A DNA stretch of 64,000 nt from Nitrospinales bacterium (GTDB taxonomy: Bacteria; Nitrospinota; Nitrospinia; Nitrospinales; VA-1), in contig CBDCXL010000002.1 of NCBI GenBank assembly GCA_965223795.1, positions 1,248,001 to 1,312,000 on the forward strand, given 5' to 3'. Positions 9,777 through 19,922 of the stretch are shown one piece after another. The stretch's first letter is position 1. Each line of letters opens with the position of its first letter. The position numbers and the translations under genes are program-made. The notes beneath the pieces were generated by a model. That model was not told the origin of the DNA. It saw only the letters and a list, made by a program, of their open reading frames with translations, and ran no database searches.

Positions 9777-10373
9777 TCATTTGAATTTGCGCAGGACGCC
9801 GATGACGACGCCCTGTATCTTGAAGTCCCCTTCGTTGACGATGATGGGCTGCATGTTCTGGTTGGCGGGCTGCAGGCGCACCTGGCCGTTTTCCCGGTAA
9901 AACCGCTTGAGGGTGGCTTTCTCGTTGTCGAGCAGGGCGACGACGGTCTCGCCGTTGTCGGCGCTGTCCCGCTTCTGCACGAACACGTAATCGCCGTCCC
10001 TGATCTGATCCTCGATCATGGAATCGCCCTTGGCCCTGAGGACGTAGACGTCCTTGTCCAGGGGATCGGGCAGGATGGACACGGTCTCGCGGCTGTCCAT
10101 CGCCTCGATGGGCCTGCCGGCGGCGATGTGGCCGAGCACGGCGTATTCCCGGCCGTTGTGCGTCTCTTCGGTGATCTCGATGGCGCGGCTCAGGTTGTGC
10201 TCTTTGCGGATCAGCCCCTTGGTCTCCAGGTGGCTGAGATGCTTGTGCACGGTGGCCGGGGAGTTGAGGTTGAACTCCCGGCCGATTTCCATGATGCTCG
10301 GCGCGTAGCCCTTGCTTTGGATGTGTTCTTTCAGGTATTGGTAGATTTCCCGCTGCCGCTTGGTGAGGTGCAT
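9777..10373 (-). CDS. lexA: SOS repressor LexA
   Basis: MHLTKRQ..I wHTH, AAG cleavage site, GDSM catalytic Ser, TLKR catalytic Lys; start at ATG 10373. Confidence 0.95.
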   Translation of the reverse strand: MHLTKRQREIYQYLKEHIQSKGYAPSIMEIGREFNLNSPATVHKHLSHLETKGLIRKEHNLSRAIEITEETHNGREYAVLGHIAAGRPIEAMDSRETVSILPDPLDKDVYVLRAKGDSMIEDQIRDGDYVFVQKRDSADNGETVVALLDNEKATLKRFYRENGQVRLQPANQNMQPIIVNEGDFKIQGVVIGVLRKFK

Positions 10374-10407
10374 GCCCCCTTGTCTCCCGTTGGATTCGTT
10401 GCGGGGC

Positions 10408-10436
10408 AGTATAGGCGAAAATTTTTCGAAAATCAA
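10408..10436 (-). promoter_or_regulatory. lexA promoter with a candidate LexA operator in the spacer
   Basis: Minus strand TTGATT-17bp(TTCGAAAAATTTTCGCC)-TATACT. Confidence 0.7.
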
Positions 10437-10508
10437 CCGGGCGCACGGGCAACAGGCCGGCCCTAGTGACACCGCCCTGCGAAACGAAGAAGGAGAGACG
10501 ATCGGATC

Positions 10509-10949
10509 ATGGCGGATAAACTGAAACTGCTGTTTTTGTGCACGGGCAATTCCTGCCGCAGCCAGATGGCGGAGGGCTGGGCGCGCGCCCTGAAAGGCGA
10601 CGCGATCGAGCCCTATTCGGCGGGGCTTGAGGCGCACGGGCTCAACCCGCTGGCGGTGAAGGCGATGGCGGAGGCGGGGGTCGACATCACGGGGCAGCAA
10701 TCCCAGCGCATCGAGGAGGTGATTGCGGTGCCGTTCGACCGGGTGGTCACGGTGTGCGCGCACGCCGACGCCAACTGCCCGCTGTTTCCCCACGATGTCC
10801 CGGTGACGCACAAAGGATTCGACGATCCGCCCAAACTGGCGCGATCGGCGAAAAGCGAAGAGGAGGCGCTGGCGCATTACCGCAGGGTGCGCGATGAAAT
10901 CCGCGCCTACGTGGAATCGCTGCCGGAGAGTCTCAAGGAAAAGGCGTGA
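10509..10949 (+). CDS. arsC: Thioredoxin-type arsenate reductase (LMW-PTP fold)
   Basis: CTGNSCRSQMAEG P-loop, TVC......CP redox cysteines, FDDP. Confidence 0.88.
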   Translation: MADKLKLLFLCTGNSCRSQMAEGWARALKGDAIEPYSAGLEAHGLNPLAVKAMAEAGVDITGQQSQRIEEVIAVPFDRVVTVCAHADANCPLFPHDVPVTHKGFDDPPKLARSAKSEEEALAHYRRVRDEIRAYVESLPESLKEKA

Positions 10950-10970
10950 GTTGCGCTAAAGGCGCGGAGG

Positions 10971-11894
10971 TCAGAACTTGATTTCGGGGGTCTTTGCGGG
11001 AATTATCTTCACGGGCAGCCGTTTAGACACCGGTTTCGTTTCTTTGAGGACGGCGTCCGCGGGAACCTGCTCAATCGAGCTCAGCCGCGAGGCGTCCTGG
11101 TTTTTTCTCAGATTCGCGACGGCTTTCTGCTTGTCCTTGTCGAGGATCTGGGACCAGTGAACCTGTTCGGCCTTTTCTTCATCCTGGGCGTTCCAGGTTT
11201 TGGCGAACACCGGTTCCTGGAAGGTGCCCTCGTTGTCGGCCTGATCGGGAAACTTCACGAGGGAAGTGAGTTTGCCCACCATATTCGAAGTCATGCGGTC
11301 CATTTCCACGGCGTTGGTCACCAGATACAGCGGCGCGATCACCGCGGAGGCCAGTCCGGTGGGGATCTTGGCCAGGCCTTCGTAATCGGATTCGGTCTGC
11401 TCCGCCATCCACAGGATCTCGCCCGAGCGGGTGTCCACCATGCGGGCGGAAATATTGAGCTCGATGGAGGAATGCAGCAGCATGTAGGATTTTTCCACTT
11501 TGTTGATGCGCGTGAGCAGCACCGCGTCCACACCCAGAACCTCGCCGAAGCGCATGGGATTCATGTCCCAGAACTCGCCGGTATCGGTCAGCCCGCTCCG
11601 CTTGAGCTGCGCGTCGACCATGTAATGCTCTAGCAGGTTGAACTGCGATTGCTTGAGGTTGGCGTGCAGGCTCTGGCGGAACAGATCGGCCATTTCCTGC
11701 TGCTTTTCATCCTGCACCTGGGCGGGCAGGATCGCCACGGTGTGGCGCGCGGACAGTTTGTTGATGTTGCCGGAGACCTTGGTGCTCAGATGGGTGGTCC
11801 CGCAGGCGGAAAGCGCAAGCCCGGCTGCAAGACAGACCAGCGTGTGCCGCCACGCCGCTCTCACAGTATTTTGACTGTTCTGTGTCTGTCTCAC
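10971..11894 (-). CDS. Lipoprotein, GNA1162/DUF799-like (paralog of 5619..6887)
   Basis: Lipobox LSAC; shares TKVSGN, NPM..GEVLG.D, MVDTRSGEILW.AEQTE.DY.G..KIPTG with 5619..6887. Confidence 0.75.
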   Translation of the reverse strand: MRQTQNSQNTVRAAWRHTLVCLAAGLALSACGTTHLSTKVSGNINKLSARHTVAILPAQVQDEKQQEMADLFRQSLHANLKQSQFNLLEHYMVDAQLKRSGLTDTGEFWDMNPMRFGEVLGVDAVLLTRINKVEKSYMLLHSSIELNISARMVDTRSGEILWMAEQTESDYEGLAKIPTGLASAVIAPLYLVTNAVEMDRMTSNMVGKLTSLVKFPDQADNEGTFQEPVFAKTWNAQDEEKAEQVHWSQILDKDKQKAVANLRKNQDASRLSSIEQVPADAVLKETKPVSKRLPVKIIPAKTPEIKF

Positions 11895-11920
11895 GCTTCA
11901 CCTTGCACTGTGTGTGTTTT

Positions 11921-12073
11921 TTAATGCCCCATCGTGATGCGGGCGACCCAGTCGATGCCGAGGATGCCGGCCGCGAAATACAGCAGCGCCTTGAATGCCA
12001 GCCATCCGTTGTGGACGGATCGAACCTCGCCCCGGCCACCGCCCGCCATTTCATTTCGCTGTCTGGAATGCAT
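11921..12073 (-). CDS. Small (50 aa) putative membrane protein, missing from the ORF track
   Basis: MHSRQRNEMAGGGRGEVRSVHNGWLAFKALLYFAAGILGIDWVARITMGH; GAGG RBS; G/C-ending codons; hydrophobic C-terminal half. Confidence 0.55.
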   Translation of the reverse strand: MHSRQRNEMAGGGRGEVRSVHNGWLAFKALLYFAAGILGIDWVARITMGH

Positions 12074-12113
12074 CCGGCCCTCGTGATCCTTGCTGGGTTA
12101 TTTCCTTTTATAG

Positions 12114-12131
12114 GTGCACAGTTCATGCCGT
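12114..12131 (-). promoter_or_regulatory. Candidate sigma54 (-24/-12) promoter
   Basis: Minus strand CGGCATGAACTGTGCA = GG-N10-GC, about 40 bp upstream of the small ORF. Confidence 0.4.
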
Positions 12132-12249
12132 TTTTTGCGCAAACTGTTATATTTTGTGCAACTCGCCGTTTAACAAGCCAAATTTTTAGAGACAAAATTT
12201 TACATACCCGGTTTATGGTAAAAAATACTGTCAAATTTACACCCACATT

Positions 12250-12296
12250 GATCACAATATTGACCAGTTTTGTGATCCAGCTTACAAAACTGGGTC
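12250..12296. promoter_or_regulatory. Overlapping palindromes including a CRP-like box
   Basis: TGTGA-N6-TTACA at 12271-12286 inside the CCAGTTTTGT/ACAAAACTGG inverted repeat; second inverted repeat GATCACAA/TTGTGATC. Confidence 0.4.
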
Positions 12297-12361
12297 TGGA
12301 ACACGGCCAGGGCGGGAACCGCTTGCTTTGGCAGATCAACAGGGGTAATTTGGAAACCATC

Positions 12362-13486
12362 ATGCGGAACAACACGATAAAAATCGGTTTATCAATCCTA
12401 TGGGTCGCTGCCGCGCTGTCATTCTTTAGATCCGCGCTTGAGGCTCAGGAACCGCCGGCGGCCCGGCCGGATCCGCAAGCGACGCTGCGCGTCGCTGTGG
12501 TCGGCGACACGGGAATCGGCGAGCGGGCGTTTCACTGGGGCTTCCTCGCGGTGCAGCGGGCGATGGAATCGGAGAAGCCGGATGTGCTGCTGCATCTGGG
12601 AGATTTTGTCTACCAGCCGGAGTTCATGCCGGACCGCTGCGATGAAAAATACATCGAGGAAATCAAGGCCACGCTGGTGCAGCCGTTTCCGATGCGGCTG
12701 TTCGTCGCGGGCGACAACGACCTGCCGCCGCACCGCAGAAAGCCGAAGGCTTCGGGCTGCTGGGAACACATCGATCCTCTGGACTCGCCGTTCGACACGC
12801 GCGTGGCCTGGGGACCGCAGCCGCGCGCGTTCGAGGGCACCAAGGTGATCGGCAACACGCTGTTCGCGGTGCTCAACAACCAGCCCTGGCAGGACCCGAC
12901 ACCGTGGCTGGAGCCTGAGATCAAGCGGGCCCGGCAGGAGGGCCTGTGGGTGGTGGTGGCGGTGCACGAGCCGGCGCTGACGACGGCGTGGTACCTGGAA
13001 AAACGCGCGACCGTGCTCCGGCAGATCAACGCACTGGGCCCGGATCTGGTGCTTTCAGGCAATCAGCATTCCTACGAACGCTTCCACGCGCTCGGCGTGC
13101 CGGACGAGGACGGCGTGTTTTCCGTGCACGCCTCGCCCACGGGCGAGTACCCGCAGGGAACGGGAACGGTGCACGTGGTTTCGGGCGGCGGCGGCGCGCT
13201 GATCAAGCCGTTCGCCGACCAGCAGGGGATCGCCGAGCGCACGGCGCCCAAGGCGGTGTTCGACGCGCTGGCGGCGCGGGCGCTGATGAACCATTACCTG
13301 ATTCTGGAAATGACGCCGCGGACGCTCACCGGCAAAACCTTTCGGGTGTGTCCGGGCGAGGCGCAGGAAGGCAAAAAGAACCCGCGCTGGCGCGCGCGCA
13401 AAAAAATGTGGAACAGCATCTCGCTGCGCTGCGACGGCAAGCCGGTGGGCGTGACGCGGTTCGACCAGTTCACGATCGTGCGGTGA
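12362..13486 (+). CDS. Exported calcineurin-like metallophosphoesterase
   Basis: Signal peptide; VVGDTG, LHLGDFVY, GDND, VHEP, SGNQHSYER and VSGGGG motifs; start moved to ATG 12362. Confidence 0.8.
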   Translation: MRNNTIKIGLSILWVAAALSFFRSALEAQEPPAARPDPQATLRVAVVGDTGIGERAFHWGFLAVQRAMESEKPDVLLHLGDFVYQPEFMPDRCDEKYIEEIKATLVQPFPMRLFVAGDNDLPPHRRKPKASGCWEHIDPLDSPFDTRVAWGPQPRAFEGTKVIGNTLFAVLNNQPWQDPTPWLEPEIKRARQEGLWVVVAVHEPALTTAWYLEKRATVLRQINALGPDLVLSGNQHSYERFHALGVPDEDGVFSVHASPTGEYPQGTGTVHVVSGGGGALIKPFADQQGIAERTAPKAVFDALAARALMNHYLILEMTPRTLTGKTFRVCPGEAQEGKKNPRWRARKKMWNSISLRCDGKPVGVTRFDQFTIVR

Positions 13487-13565
13487 GTGAATGAGATAAC
13501 GCTTTAGACTAAGTTCTCTCAGTGAGAGTTAGAAAACTTTTTTAGAAAGACTCCACAATTTCATT

Positions 13566-14261
13566 ATGTTCAAGTCAGGGGATGTAATTTCGTATTTGGA
13601 GATGTGTCAACGAGAAGGAGTGAATTTACAACGAGGAATGAACTTTAAGTTAAAAGGTAATTGCAGTGTCATTTTGATGAGTGTTCGTGCTGGAGCTCCA
13701 TATGCGGATAAAATCATTGATGAAGGAAAAGTATTAATTTACGAAGGCCACGATATACCCAGAAAACGTGAAGGACCTGACCCAAAAACTATAGACCAGC
13801 CATTAAAAAACCCAAGCGGTAGTTTGACTCAAAATGGATTGTTTTACCAATGCGCTTTGGATCACAGAAATGAAGGTTTCCCGCCTGAACCCGTGAAAGT
13901 ATATGAAAAAATTCAACCGGGTATCTGGGTTTTTAATGGTCTATTTCAATTAGTGGATGCTTGGCTAGAAAAAGTAAATTCGAGGAAAGTTTTTAAATTT
14001 AAGTTGGAAGTTATAGATGAAGAAATCGACTTGAAACAAAGAAGAGAGAACAATTTAGAACATAATAGATTGATTCCTTCCCAAATAAAGTTAGAAGTCT
14101 GGAAGAGAGATAGAGGAAAATGTGTCAAGTGTGGGAGTAATGATAACTTGCACTATGATCATATTTTACCTTTTTCTAAAGGTGGGTCCTCGTTAAGTTC
14201 AAAAAATATTCAAATCTTATGTGCTAGGCATAACTTAGAGAAAAAAGACAAAATTGAATAA
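13566..14261 (+). CDS. HNH endonuclease with N-terminal SRA/PUA-like domain (type IV restriction-like), AT-rich
   Basis: CVKC...DHILPFSKGG....N...LCARHN HNH motif; N-terminal PYAD...IYEGHD...VYEK....W.FNG.F.L pattern; GC far below the flanks. Confidence 0.75.
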   Translation: MFKSGDVISYLEMCQREGVNLQRGMNFKLKGNCSVILMSVRAGAPYADKIIDEGKVLIYEGHDIPRKREGPDPKTIDQPLKNPSGSLTQNGLFYQCALDHRNEGFPPEPVKVYEKIQPGIWVFNGLFQLVDAWLEKVNSRKVFKFKLEVIDEEIDLKQRRENNLEHNRLIPSQIKLEVWKRDRGKCVKCGSNDNLHYDHILPFSKGGSSLSSKNIQILCARHNLEKKDKIE

Positions 14262-14374
14262 TTTTCACCACTAGAGTAATTTTTCTTCCTCCCAAGTATT
14301 TTTCAATTTCTTTGTGAGTTTCAAAAATATTATTCCAGAAACGCATTTTCTTATCTTCTTAGTTTCTCCCTCAC

Positions 14375-15319
14375 ATGAGTCTCAAGCACATCGCTTTCGG
14401 AATCTCCTGTTACCTTCCCGGAGTTTACAATCTGGTGGCGCGGTGGGTCGATCCGCCGATGCCCGCGCGGTACGGCTATGCGGTGTGGATGCGGCACCTG
14501 GTGCGGGCGCACCAGCACGGGATCGCCGGCATTCCGCACACGGTCGCGGAACCGGGGCTCGGCTATTCGCCGGGCGCGGGCCTTGCGGCGCTGCTTTCGG
14601 GGGCGGAGCGGTATGTCGCGGTCGATGTGCCGGGCTGCGAAGCCCGCCTGCACAATCTCAAACTGTTCGATGAGCTGGTCGCGCTTTTTGAGCAGCGGGC
14701 GGACATCCCGGACGCGGCGGAATTCCCGCGCATGCAGCCGGCGCTCGATGCGTACGCGTTCCCGAAGGATCTTCTGACCGAAGCGCACCTGGCGCGGACC
14801 CTGGCTGCCGACCGCGTGGCCGCGTTGCGGCAGGCGGTGTCCCAACCGGACGCGCCGGACTCGCCGCTGCGCCGCGTGTGCCCGTTGACGGACCCGGAAG
14901 TTCTGGAACCGCATTCGGTGGACATGATCTTCTCGCAGGCGGTGCTGGAGCATGTGGATGATCTGGAGACGGTGTACCGCGCGTTTTCTCTGTGGCTCAA
15001 ACCAAAGGGATGGATGTCGCACACGATCGACTTCACCTGCCACAACACGTCGAAGGTGTGGAACGGGCACTGGACGATCGGCGATGGTCGCTGGGGCTTG
15101 ATGCGGGGCGGACGGCCGTATCTGCTCAACCGGCAGCCGCATTCGGCGCATCTGCAATTGCTGCGCGAAACCGATTTCAAAATTCTTCTGGATCAGCGTC
15201 TGTTCAATAAAAAAAAGAGCGTCGCCCGAAAAGACCTGACCCTGCGGTTCGAGCACCTGACCGATGAGGATCTGAAAACCCAGGGCGCGTTCATTCTGGC
15301 GGCGGCACCCGAACGCTGA
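14375..15319 (+). CDS. Class I SAM-dependent methyltransferase-like protein
   Basis: VDMIFSQAVLEHV...LKPKG motif. Confidence 0.7.
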   Translation: MSLKHIAFGISCYLPGVYNLVARWVDPPMPARYGYAVWMRHLVRAHQHGIAGIPHTVAEPGLGYSPGAGLAALLSGAERYVAVDVPGCEARLHNLKLFDELVALFEQRADIPDAAEFPRMQPALDAYAFPKDLLTEAHLARTLAADRVAALRQAVSQPDAPDSPLRRVCPLTDPEVLEPHSVDMIFSQAVLEHVDDLETVYRAFSLWLKPKGWMSHTIDFTCHNTSKVWNGHWTIGDGRWGLMRGGRPYLLNRQPHSAHLQLLRETDFKILLDQRLFNKKKSVARKDLTLRFEHLTDEDLKTQGAFILAAAPER

Positions 15320-15364
15320 CAATTCCCTAACCTTCAGCACGCGCCCCTCGCCTGTTCAGGCGTA

Positions 15365-15901
15365 TCACTCCTTCAAGCTCAGATTGTAGTAAATGAGGGT
15401 GCCTTCCCCGTCCTCGTGGATGAGGACCGAAAGTTCCCGCTTTTCCTGGCTCAGGAGCATGAGCGGCGGCGGGCTTTTGAGCGTCCAGCCGGGGCGGTGC
15501 TTCTCCTGCCGGTAAAAGCGCACCACCTGGTCCTTGGCATCGCGGGTGGACGCCAGCCAGTGATCGTGCCCGGGCCCGCCCACCCGGGGCAGCGCGGCGA
15601 TCGTGTCGATCGCGGGATAGGGCGGCAACAGCCGGGCGATGGCTTCTTTTCCCTGCATGTCGCGGAAACCCATGTATGTGATGCCCACGATCAGCACAAA
15701 GAAGATGAGGGCTGCGGACTGGGAATAGTGCCGGAAGGGATTATCGCTTTCGTCTAAAAAACCGAGATACACGCTGACCAGGAACAGCGCCAGCAGCAGA
15801 ATGAACAACCCGGTGAAGCGGCCGCCGACTCCGGCTGCAAGCACGAACACGCCCTGCAACAGCAAACCTGCGGCGATCAGTGCGTGACGTTTTCGGCGCA
15901 T
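15365..15901 (-). CDS. Hypothetical membrane protein
   Basis: Three N-terminal hydrophobic helices; start chosen at ATG 15901. Confidence 0.6.
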   Translation of the reverse strand: MRRKRHALIAAGLLLQGVFVLAAGVGGRFTGLFILLLALFLVSVYLGFLDESDNPFRHYSQSAALIFFVLIVGITYMGFRDMQGKEAIARLLPPYPAIDTIAALPRVGGPGHDHWLASTRDAKDQVVRFYRQEKHRPGWTLKSPPPLMLLSQEKRELSVLIHEDGEGTLIYYNLSLKE

Positions 15902-16124
15902 CGGGGGTTCTTGGCAATGGGGTGGGGTGGGGCCGGGCCTCGCTGCTGCCACGGCGAGCACATTCAGGCGGGTGCCATTGTAGCAAAAGCGGGCGCGCTT
16001 CGCCCGGCAGGATGCGTGACGCGGGTTCAGGTTTGTTCGGATGCCGCAAACGAGTGCGCCGCCTGCGGGCGTCCCGGAATTTCGGATCTTACAGGAAGGA
16101 CAACGGCGGCGGTCCCTCCGGACC

Positions 16125-17072
16125 TCAGCCTTTGAGGAACGCGTCGATCTCTTCGCAGGTTTTCTTCACATCCTGCGCAGAGATGTTCAGAGCCTCCATT
16201 TCCGCATCAGAGAGTTTGAGTTCGATGATCTTTTCCATGCCGCCGATCCCCATCATCACGGGCACACCGAAGAAGATGCCGTCCCATCCGTACTCGCCTT
16301 CGAGATAGGCGGTGCAGGGCAGGATGCGTTTCTTGTCGTGCAGGATGGCTTCGATCATCTTCACGACCGAGGCGCCGGGCGCCATGAACGCGCTGCCTTT
16401 TTTCAGCAGCGCCACGATCTCGGCGCCGCCTTTGCGGGTGCGCTCGACCAGCCGTTCGATCTGTTGCTCGCTCATCAGCTCGGTGATGGGGATGCCGGAA
16501 ACGGTGGTGTAACGCGGCATCGGCACCATCGAGTCACCGTGGCCGCCGAGCACCATGGCATCGACGTCCACCAGCGAACAGTTCAGCTCCAGGGAAACGA
16601 AGGTGCGCAGCCGCGCGGAATCGAGCACACCGGCCATGCCCACGATACTTTGCTTGGGCAGGCCGGAGACTTTTTTCGCGAGGTACACCATGGCGTCGAG
16701 GGGATTCGACACCACGATGATGATCGGATCGGAGGAATATTTCATGACTTCCTCGGTCACCGACTTGACGATCTTGGCGTTGGTCGCCAGCAGGTCCTCG
16801 CGGCTCTGGCCGGGTTTTCTGGGAAGCCCGGCGGTGATGACGACGATGTCGGAATCGGCGGTGTCCTTGTAGTCGTTGGTGCCGACGATGATGCTGTCGA
16901 ACACTTGCAAACAGCCGGATTCCTGAAGATCGAGCGCCTTTCCCTGCGGCACGCCATCAATGATGTCCGTGAGCACGACGTTGCCCAGGTTTTTGTAAGC
17001 CACGAGCTGCGCCACGGTGGAGCCCACCTGCCCGGCGCCGATCACCGTGATTTTTTTCCGCGCGGAGTTCAT
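16125..17072 (-). CDS. mdh: Malate dehydrogenase (LDH-like)
   Basis: GAGQVG, TAGLPRKPGQSREDLL, LDSAR, GGHGD. Confidence 0.95.
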   Translation of the reverse strand: MNSARKKITVIGAGQVGSTVAQLVAYKNLGNVVLTDIIDGVPQGKALDLQESGCLQVFDSIIVGTNDYKDTADSDIVVITAGLPRKPGQSREDLLATNAKIVKSVTEEVMKYSSDPIIIVVSNPLDAMVYLAKKVSGLPKQSIVGMAGVLDSARLRTFVSLELNCSLVDVDAMVLGGHGDSMVPMPRYTTVSGIPITELMSEQQIERLVERTRKGGAEIVALLKKGSAFMAPGASVVKMIEAILHDKKRILPCTAYLEGEYGWDGIFFGVPVMMGIGGMEKIIELKLSDAEMEALNISAQDVKKTCEEIDAFLKG

Positions 17073-17131
17073 AACGTTCCCCTATGTCGTTTTCGAAGTC
17101 GAAGTGATGACGCCGCTTGCGCGGCATCCCC

Positions 17132-19375
<2,244 letters not shown>

Positions 19376-19922
19376 TCACCCCATTGAAAATGGCGCAGGA
19401 AACCCTGCTCAATTGACATATCAATTATTAATCGCCGGCTCCGGTCCCGTATCGGTCTACTGACTCGTTTGTGATGGCCGCCCGAAACGGTTGGATCCGC
19501 AAGAATTCTTTGGAAAGCACTTGAAAAATAGAAGAATTTGGATTGGGGGGTAAACTAAATTATTCCTTCCCGTTTTGTCAAGCGATTTTGCTTCTCCGCC
19601 CCTTCGCGAAGCCGGAGAATGCGGTTTTTTTTTGCGTCCGGAAGCGGTTTCACACAATTTCGGGCGGACGAAATGCGCCAAAGTCCGCGCCGGAAAATCT
19701 ACGGCATTGAAATGTAAAATTTTATCGATTGCCGCGCGGTGGACCGGGGTGCTGTCGTCTTTGCTTTTTCCCGAACATTAAAAAATTTTCATGATTACAG
19801 CGGCGGCCCGTTCCAGTACCCCGGGAAGGGAATCGTGGACGGTCCGGAACGGTTTCCCGTGCTCTGGGGGATCAACTATAATAGAATCTCAGCCGTCTGT
19901 TTGCATTCTCTGTCACAGATCC

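Noticed and set aside
11882..12361. N-terminal extension of the metallophosphoesterase (534-aa track ORF)
   Set aside because: The extension crosses AT-rich regulatory DNA and an opposite-strand small ORF; the signal peptide begins at ATG 12362
13490..13545. Integron attC site before the HNH gene
   Set aside because: An inverted repeat (CTCTCA-G-TGAGAG) and TAAC...GTTAG are present, but it is too short, lacks a matching downstream site, and there is no integrase
13566..15319. Restriction-modification pair (HNH plus adjacent methyltransferase)
   Set aside because: The methyltransferase lacks DPPY/NPPY or PCQ DNA-MTase motifs and has host-like GC, unlike the nuclease
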